A DNA stretch of 64,000 nt from Chloroflexota bacterium (lineage in GTDB: Bacteria; Chloroflexota; Anaerolineae; Anaerolineales; E44-bin32): positions 12,778 through 76,777 of the forward strand of contig JAJRUD010000045.1 of the NCBI GenBank assembly GCA_024277995.1. Direction: 5' to 3'. The position numbers and the translations under genes were made by a program. Position 1 is the first letter of the stretch. Each line of letters starts with the position of its first letter. This document shows, in pieces, positions 58,046 to 64,000 of this stretch. Under the pieces are notes generated by a model, which saw only the letters and a program-made list of their open reading frames with translations, did not search any database and was not told the origin of the DNA.

Positions 58046-59001
58046 CCCCCACCTCCGGCCAGCCCCAGCGCCTCAGCGATGCGCCGGATCTCCTCGTAAT
58101 CGGCCGCCGAGGCCGGGACGAAGCCCTCAGCCACCGTCGCCGGCAACACCTCGGCCGGCGCGCCCAGGAACGCCTGCAGCAGAAGCTGCTCAACCTCCCG
58201 CGATACGTCGTCACGAATGACCCATGGGTACTGGGGGATGGGGGCGGAGCGCCAGATGATCTTCAGGCGCGCGGGGTCGATCAGTCCCTGACGGATCATC
58301 TCCTGGAGCACCGGCTCCTCCATCGCGCCGGCTTCCACCCTGCCGTTGTACACGGCCAACGCCGTGGCGTTGTGCGCCCCGGTATACAGAGCCGGGCCCT
58401 TGAAGTCCTTTTCGGGATCCACCCCGGCCTCGATTAACGCCTGGGCAGGGATCAGGTGGCCCGATGTTGAGCTCACGTCCCCGAAGGCGAAGGTGTGCCC
58501 CTTCAGGTCAGTCAGCCCTTCGAAGGGGGCCTCTCGCAGGGCGATGATCACGCTGTGGTAGGAATCCGATCCCGCGATGACCGCCTTGGCGAAGGGATGG
58601 ATGCCAGCCTTGCGCGAGGCCTGCACGTAGGTCAGGGCGCCCAGGTAGGCCACGTCGATCCTGCCGGCAGCCATGGCCTCCACGACAGCCGTGTAGTCGG
58701 TGGGCACGAAGATCTGCACCTCGAGCCCCGTCTCCTGGCGCAGATACTCCTGAAAGGGCGCGAAGTATTCTTGCGTCTCCTCGGGGCTCTCTTTGGGCAC
58801 AGCCCCGATACGCACAACCGGCGGTGCGGGCGGGGTCGCCCCACCGCAGGCAGATATGAGCAGACCGGATTGAAGGATCAGCGCCGCGGCCGCCAAGGCG
58901 CGGCGGAGAGGTTGGCGGAAAGTCACTTCTCGTCTCCTTTGCTCTTGGAGGGCCGGCCAAAGCCGATCCGCTCCCTCGCGCAAGGAGACGGATTCACTCA
59001 C
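58042..59001 (-). CDS. phnD: PhnD/PtxB-family substrate-binding lipoprotein
   Basis: DYTAVVEAM, FAFGDVSSTSGHLIP, GAH; substrate uncertain. Confidence 0.85.
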   Translation of the reverse strand: MSESVSLREGADRLWPALQEQRRREVTFRQPLRRALAAAALILQSGLLISACGGATPPAPPVVRIGAVPKESPEETQEYFAPFQEYLRQETGLEVQIFVPTDYTAVVEAMAAGRIDVAYLGALTYVQASRKAGIHPFAKAVIAGSDSYHSVIIALREAPFEGLTDLKGHTFAFGDVSSTSGHLIPAQALIEAGVDPEKDFKGPALYTGAHNATALAVYNGRVEAGAMEEPVLQEMIRQGLIDPARLKIIWRSAPIPQYPWVIRDDVSREVEQLLLQAFLGAPAEVLPATVAEGFVPASAADYEEIRRIAEALGLAGGGG

Positions 59002-59485
59002 CGCCGGTGACGGCTACGTCTCCTCGCTGGAGCGAGCGGCAACGGCCGGGCCGTCAGCTCCGATGCAAGATACAGCACGTGTATCGTGGGAAGCTCCCGG
59101 CCCATTCAGCCATTCGACATGGACCAAAGCATCAGCCCGGTTTCCATTCTGCTCGCCTCCTTTCTTGGACAGCATCCCCGGACGACAAACGCAAGCGCTG
59201 AGGCTGTCTCGGATAGCCAGCCCCGGCCCTGTGCTTCCACCCGGGGACAATTACGAGGACGCCGATTGCGTGCAGGCCAACATTGTCATCGCTTTCAACC
59301 CATTAATCAAGTCGGACAACGCGCCCAGCGGCCTGTACCAGGCCTCCGGTTGATGACCCGGAAGGATGGCCATATAGCGGAGGGGACAGGGCAGCACCCA
59401 CCACGGAGTCGCTCACTCCCCCAGCCTCGACATCCACCGCAGGCGCGATCGCGCCACCTTGCCCACCCACAAGCCCGAACTCTCT

Positions 59486-59551
59486 GAGCCACATGGCCCG
59501 TAAGCTGGCAGGCAAGTCGACGCTGGTGTCGCGCCGTCAGAGCTTTATGAT
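59486..59551 (+). promoter_or_regulatory. Tandem operator boxes (59486, 59510) and -10 TATGAT
   Basis: GAGCCACATGGCCC and AGGCAAGTCGACGC 24 bp apart; TATGAT at 59546-59551. Confidence 0.5.
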
Positions 59552-59579
59552 AGGCAATGAGCCGCAATGGAGGTGATAC

Positions 59580-60665
59580 ATGGCCATCAACGCCGACGCG
59601 AGCACCAGCCGGCCGCAGCGGAGGCGCGCCACCTTTTGGGATGCGCTGGACGAACGCCTGGGTCTCTCCGCGCTCTCCTATCCGGTGCCTGCACACGCCA
59701 ACACCATCAGCTACCTGCTGGGCGGCATCACGCTCTTCGGCTTCATCGTGCTCTTCGTGACCGGCGTCCTGCTGGCGCAGTTCTACAACCCGAACCCCGC
59801 CAGCGCACACGACAGCGTCGTTTACCTCATCACCAGGGCGCCCTTCGGGGACTTCATCCGCAGCCTTCACTTCTGGACGGCCAACCTGGTGGTCGTCACC
59901 GCTCTGCTCCACCTGACGCGCGTTTTCGCCACCGGCAGCTACAAGCGACCGCGTGAGATCAACTGGCTGATCGGCCTGGGACTGCTGGCGCTGACATTGG
60001 CCTTCGTCTTCACGGGCACGGTGCTCAAGTGGGACCAGGAGGGGGTTGAGGCGCTGGCCCATAACCGGGAGATGGGTGAGCTGCTCGGTCTGTGGGGCAT
60101 GTGGTTCACCAGCGAATTCACGCGCAGCGTGCCCATCCTGACACGCCTCTACATCGGCCACGTCACATTGCTGCCGGCCGCGCTGACCTTCCTGGTCATC
60201 GCCCACCTGTACCTGATCAAGCAACTGGGAATATCACCCCGCGCCGCCGAGCAAGCGACTTCGGGGCCGCCGGCGAGCGGGCCGGGAGTATCGCGCTTCT
60301 CCGTGCACCTGCGGAAGATGACCGGTTATGGGCTGCTTCTGCTGGCACTGGCGGGGACGCTGGCGTTGTTCTGGCCAGCCGCCCTGGGACAGGCCGGGGT
60401 CGCCGGAGCGGAGGTCACCAAACCTCCCTGGATGTTCCTGCCCTTCTATCCGCTGGAAGACGTGTTCGGTATCCAGGGACTGCTGCTGTCGAGCATCGCG
60501 CTCTTCGTCCTGCTGGCGCTGGTACCCTTCGTGGATCGCAGCCCCTGGTTGTCGCCACGCCAACGGCGATGGATCATCCTCGCCGGGGCCATCCTGCTCT
60601 TGGCACTGATCGTGCTGGCCGGGTACGCGTGGCTGAGCCGACCTGTGCCCCACCTCATGGAGTGA
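59580..60665 (+). CDS. Cytochrome b/b6-family protein (bc-type), no adjacent Rieske or cyt c1 gene
   Basis: SLHFW...LLHL and GHV...AHL His pairs, YKRPREINW, KPPWM in place of PEWY. Confidence 0.9.
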   Translation: MAINADASTSRPQRRRATFWDALDERLGLSALSYPVPAHANTISYLLGGITLFGFIVLFVTGVLLAQFYNPNPASAHDSVVYLITRAPFGDFIRSLHFWTANLVVVTALLHLTRVFATGSYKRPREINWLIGLGLLALTLAFVFTGTVLKWDQEGVEALAHNREMGELLGLWGMWFTSEFTRSVPILTRLYIGHVTLLPAALTFLVIAHLYLIKQLGISPRAAEQATSGPPASGPGVSRFSVHLRKMTGYGLLLLALAGTLALFWPAALGQAGVAGAEVTKPPWMFLPFYPLEDVFGIQGLLLSSIALFVLLALVPFVDRSPWLSPRQRRWIILAGAILLLALIVLAGYAWLSRPVPHLME

Positions 60666-60672
60666 ACACATC

Positions 60673-60915
60673 ATGCGTAGAGTGAGCGCGACCTTCTTGA
60701 TCCTGCTCGGCCTGGCCACCTTGGCCCTGGGCCAAGTGTGGCTCCGGGGCGGCGCCCTGCTTTCTGGCAAGGGCACGATCACGGACACCACCCTCTTCAT
60801 CCTCGGCACAGGACTGCTGGCATTCAGCCTGCTCGGGCTGGGCCGGATCCTGGTCTATGCGAGAGCAGAGCTTCCCCGTGGTGCTGAGGTCCCGATCGAG
60901 GACAGCCATGATTAG
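60673..60915 (+). CDS. Small two-TM membrane protein
   Basis: Two hydrophobic segments; starts 7 nt after the cyt b stop. Confidence 0.6.
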   Translation: MRRVSATFLILLGLATLALGQVWLRGGALLSGKGTITDTTLFILGTGLLAFSLLGLGRILVYARAELPRGAEVPIEDSHD

Positions 60916-60925
60916 GAGGATTCCC

Positions 60926-61429
60926 GTGCTGCGTTCGCTTCCTTTTGCCGGCGCGCTGGCCATTCTGTTGGCCGTCAGCCTGGGCGTCACGCCGACGATG
61001 GCACACGGCGGGGCAGAACTGACCTTGTCCCCCGCCCAGGTGCCGCCCGGGGGTTCAGTAACCGTGAAGGGCGAAGGCGTCGAGGCTGGCGAAATGTTCA
61101 CCATCCATATCGAGGGTGTGAGCTACCAGGCAACCCTGGGCACGGTGGCCGTCGGCGATGACGGAGACTTTCACGAGGAGTTCGTCATCCCGACGGACAC
61201 ACCGCCCGGGACGTATCAGGTTCGAGCCACCAGCCAGGAGGGCGAGGTCCTCAGCACGGAGCTGAGCGTGGTGGCTGATCCGGGCCCCGTTGAGCCGGCC
61301 GCCGCCGAGCCTTCCGCCGAGCCCATGCAGCTCAACCGCACGAAGTCGACCGCGCAATGGGTGGTCATCCTCGCCGGCATCCTGGGCAGCGCCGCCCTCG
61401 GCCTGGTCCTGGTCCGGACGAAGGAATGA
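60926..61429 (+). CDS. Exported Ig-like protein with predicted N-terminal His and C-terminal TM anchor
   Basis: AGGAGG RBS with GTG; signal peptide ...TMA|HGG; C-terminal TM. Confidence 0.7.
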   Translation: MLRSLPFAGALAILLAVSLGVTPTMAHGGAELTLSPAQVPPGGSVTVKGEGVEAGEMFTIHIEGVSYQATLGTVAVGDDGDFHEEFVIPTDTPPGTYQVRATSQEGEVLSTELSVVADPGPVEPAAAEPSAEPMQLNRTKSTAQWVVILAGILGSAALGLVLVRTKE

Positions 61430-61716
61430 GGTTCTTCCGGGAAAGGCTGCGACGGACCCCGCAGGGGATCGACCACCTCGGCGTTGGGTTCCGCTCGCGG
61501 ACGCGCGTGGGATCAAGGTCGCCGATGCCTGGTCAAGTCGCGCCACCGGATGGATAATGGGATAATGATAGTGGAAGCAACCAGCAAGGCCGGTCCGACC
61601 ATCCGCGGGCGAGACATCCATGCTGGCTGCCGGCGACATCCACGACAAGCATGGCCCAGCTTGCATCGGCGAGGCAGTGCGTGAAATTCGGGAAACGAAT
61701 GAATGGGAGGCGGAAG

Positions 61717-62712
61717 ATGCGCAGGCTCACCATCGGCAAGCTCCGCGGGCTGCAACAGATCGCCGATGATCGCGGCGTGTTCGCCATGTGCGCCATGGAC
61801 CATCGGGGCTCCTTGCAGCGCATGATCAATCCCGACGACCCGGGATCGGTGGGCTACGAGACACTGGCCGCATACAAGGAGGAGCTGTGTAGGGCTCTGG
61901 CCCCGGTCTCCTCGGCTGTCCTGCTGGATCCGGCTTATGGTGCAGCTCGCGCCATCGCCAGCGGTGCTCTGCCGCGCGATGTGGGCCTGCTCGTGAGCCT
62001 GGAAGCCACCGGCTACAGCGGGGAAAGCGGCGCACGCCTGACCCGGCTCCTGCCCGGCTGGAACGCCGCCAAGACCCGGCGCATGGGCGCCTCGGCAGCC
62101 AAGCTGCTGCTGTACTACCACCCCGGCCTTCCCGACGTGGCAGCCCGGCAGCGCGAGTTGGTGCAGCAGATTGTCGAGGACTGCGCCCAGGCAGATATCC
62201 TCTGCCTGGTCGAGCCAGTTGCCTATCCCATCAGCGATGAGGACCGCGACCCGCGCACCTTCGCCCGTCGTAAGCCCGACGTTGTCCTGCAGACGGCGCG
62301 CGAACTGACGGCCCTGGGGATCGACGTGCTGAAAGCAGAGTTCCCCGCCGACCTGCGCTTCGAGCAGGACGAGGGGCGGCTGCTCGGCTATTGTCAGGCG
62401 CTGGACGAGGCCTCCCAGGCGCCGTGGGTGCTGCTCAGCGCCGGTGTCAACTACGAAGATTTCGCCCGCCAGGTTGAGATCGCCTGCCGTAGCGGGGCCT
62501 CAGGCTTCCTGGCCGGCCGCGCGGTATGGCAGGAGGGGATGAGCCTGGCCGACGGGAGCGCCAGGCGCCGCTGGCTCGAAACCGTGGCCGCAGACCGCAT
62601 GCGGCATTTGAGGGACATCGCCGCTGAGTACGGCCGTCCGTGGTGGAAGAAATGGGGGGATGCGCCGACCGAGCTGGTTCAGGTCGGCGAGGACTGGTAT
62701 GCTACCTACTGA
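61717..62712 (+). CDS. lacD: Tagatose-1,6-bisphosphate aldolase (LacD-family class I aldolase)
   Basis: AMDHRGSL, LLDP.YG, KLLLYYHP, LKAEFP, LLSAG, GFLAGRAVW. Confidence 0.88.
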   Translation: MRRLTIGKLRGLQQIADDRGVFAMCAMDHRGSLQRMINPDDPGSVGYETLAAYKEELCRALAPVSSAVLLDPAYGAARAIASGALPRDVGLLVSLEATGYSGESGARLTRLLPGWNAAKTRRMGASAAKLLLYYHPGLPDVAARQRELVQQIVEDCAQADILCLVEPVAYPISDEDRDPRTFARRKPDVVLQTARELTALGIDVLKAEFPADLRFEQDEGRLLGYCQALDEASQAPWVLLSAGVNYEDFARQVEIACRSGASGFLAGRAVWQEGMSLADGSARRRWLETVAADRMRHLRDIAAEYGRPWWKKWGDAPTELVQVGEDWYATY

Positions 62713-63075
62713 GCGGCGCCCGGGGGAACCCACAAGGATGCCCAGCGAGTCGTCCGCGGAGACCGCGCTGGTTGAAACCTGTTGAACCAGGACCGTGGGC
62801 GACACCAAAGGCTGGAGCCACCATCGACCTCAACTGCATCCGGGCAGGACGCCTCTCGGGTCATGTCCAGGCGGTGCTGAACAGGCACCACGCCCGGCCT
62901 CGACCATGCACAACGATGGAAGCGAGAGGTGACCGATCGAAAGCCGGGCCGAGCCGGAGTGAAGGCTGAGACGCCTCGATGTCGCCCGACCTCGGGGCAG
63001 ATCAGATAGATCTGATCCCTGAACCATGCGGGCCGCACGACGCCCGCCGATGAGACGATGCATAAGGAGACGACG

Positions 63076-64000
63076 ATGAGCGGAAAGAAGATCAGAGTGG
63101 CCGTGAACGGATACGGCGTCATCGGAAAGAGGGTGGCAGACGCCGTCAATCTACAGCCCGACATGGAACTGGCGGGCGTGGGCGACGTCGTCAGTGACTA
63201 CCGCGTCCGGGCGGCGGTGGTCCTCGGACTGCCCATTTACGCCTCCCTGCCCGACAAGGTCGACGAGATGAAAGCAGCCGGGATCCCGGTCCGAGGCACC
63301 CTGGACGACCTGCTGGCCCAGGCGGACGTCGTGGTGGACTGCACGCCCAAGGGCATCGGCGCCAGGAACCTGGCCCGCTATCGCGAAGTGGGCATCAAGG
63401 CGGTCTATCAGGGGGGTGAGAAGCACAGCCTGACGCAGCACTCCTTCGTGGCGCAGGCCAATTACGAGACCGCCCTCGGCCGGGAAGCGACCCGCGTCGT
63501 CTCCTGCAACACCACAAGCACCGTGCGCACCCTGATCGCGCTGCGCGCCGCCGGGCTGCTCAAGAAGGCGCGCGGCGTCCTCATTCGTCGGGCCACGGAC
63601 CCCTGGGAGTCGGACCACAGCGGCATCATGAACACCGTCGTCCCCGAGAAGGAGATCCCCAGCCACCAGGGCCCGGACGCCCAGACGGTGGCACCGGACC
63701 TGGACGTGGTCACCATCGCGGCCAAGGCCGCCCACACCCAGACCCACAATCACTATTGGGTGGTGCAACTGACACGTGAGGCCAGCCGCGAGGAGGTTCT
63801 GGAGGCCTTTCGCGCTGCGCCGCGCATCGCCTTCATCCGCATGAGCGACGGCATCGTGGCCCTCAACAGCACCATCGAGCTGATGAAGGACCTGGGCCGC
63901 CCGCGCGGCGACATGTGGGAGGTCGCTCTGTGGGAGGACGTATTGACAGTGAACGGGGATGAGGCCTACTATACTTATCAGGTGTATAACGAAGCCATCG
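63076..64000 (+). CDS. gap: Type II (archaeal-type) glyceraldehyde-3-phosphate dehydrogenase, partial
   Basis: Not in the ORF track (no stop in window); VAVNGYGVIGKRVADAV, DCTP, QGGEKH, VVSCNTT, SHQGPD. Confidence 0.92.
   Translation, partial: MSGKKIRVAVNGYGVIGKRVADAVNLQPDMELAGVGDVVSDYRVRAAVVLGLPIYASLPDKVDEMKAAGIPVRGTLDDLLAQADVVVDCTPKGIGARNLARYREVGIKAVYQGGEKHSLTQHSFVAQANYETALGREATRVVSCNTTSTVRTLIALRAAGLLKKARGVLIRRATDPWESDHSGIMNTVVPEKEIPSHQGPDAQTVAPDLDVVTIAAKAAHTQTHNHYWVVQLTREASREEVLEAFRAAPRIAFIRMSDGIVALNSTIELMKDLGRPRGDMWEVALWEDVLTVNGDEAYYTYQVYNEAI

Noticed and set aside
59040-59353. Short plus-strand ORFs between phnD and cytochrome b
   Set aside because: No RBS or recognisable motif; at most a decayed fragment
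1-64000. CRISPR array, rRNA, integrase or transposase
   Set aside because: No regularly spaced repeats, rRNA-like sequence or recombinase motifs seen

Overview
GC-rich bacterial DNA; gene content and style suggest Chloroflexota (Anaerolineae-like), which is an inference. It has three blocks. (1) About 1-36.6 kb is a copper/redox/envelope region: site-2 protease, a degenerate McrB-like ATPase, YHS and HMA proteins, two TlpA, a circularly permuted CcdA, csoR-copA-DUF5676-GGR-cfa, a YbhGFSR-like ABC exporter, DUF1573/DUF2085/DUF3105 proteins, a NarL-type two-component system, an atypical LuxR regulator, three c-type cytochromes and an AbiE remnant next to tRNA-Met. (2) About 37-47.8 kb is a complete shikimate/Phe/Tyr cluster, with aroF preceded by an unannotated Phe/Tyr-rich leader peptide attenuator. 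(3) About 48-64 kb holds a four-gene operon (probable selenocysteine PCYCGC lipoprotein, CuA cupredoxin, polyferredoxin, CuA-cytochrome c fusion), a sulfite reductase/APS reductase/siroheme operon with a candidate Cys leader peptide, a PhnDCE-type ABC importer, an orphan cytochrome b, a LacD-type aldolase and an archaeal-type GAPDH. A 14-bp palindrome (RGGCCAWWTGGCCY) recurs upstream of about 12 transcription units in blocks 1 and 3, usually 22-24 nt before a -10 box, which suggests one locally encoded regulon. All calls come from reading the sequence by eye; no searches were run.
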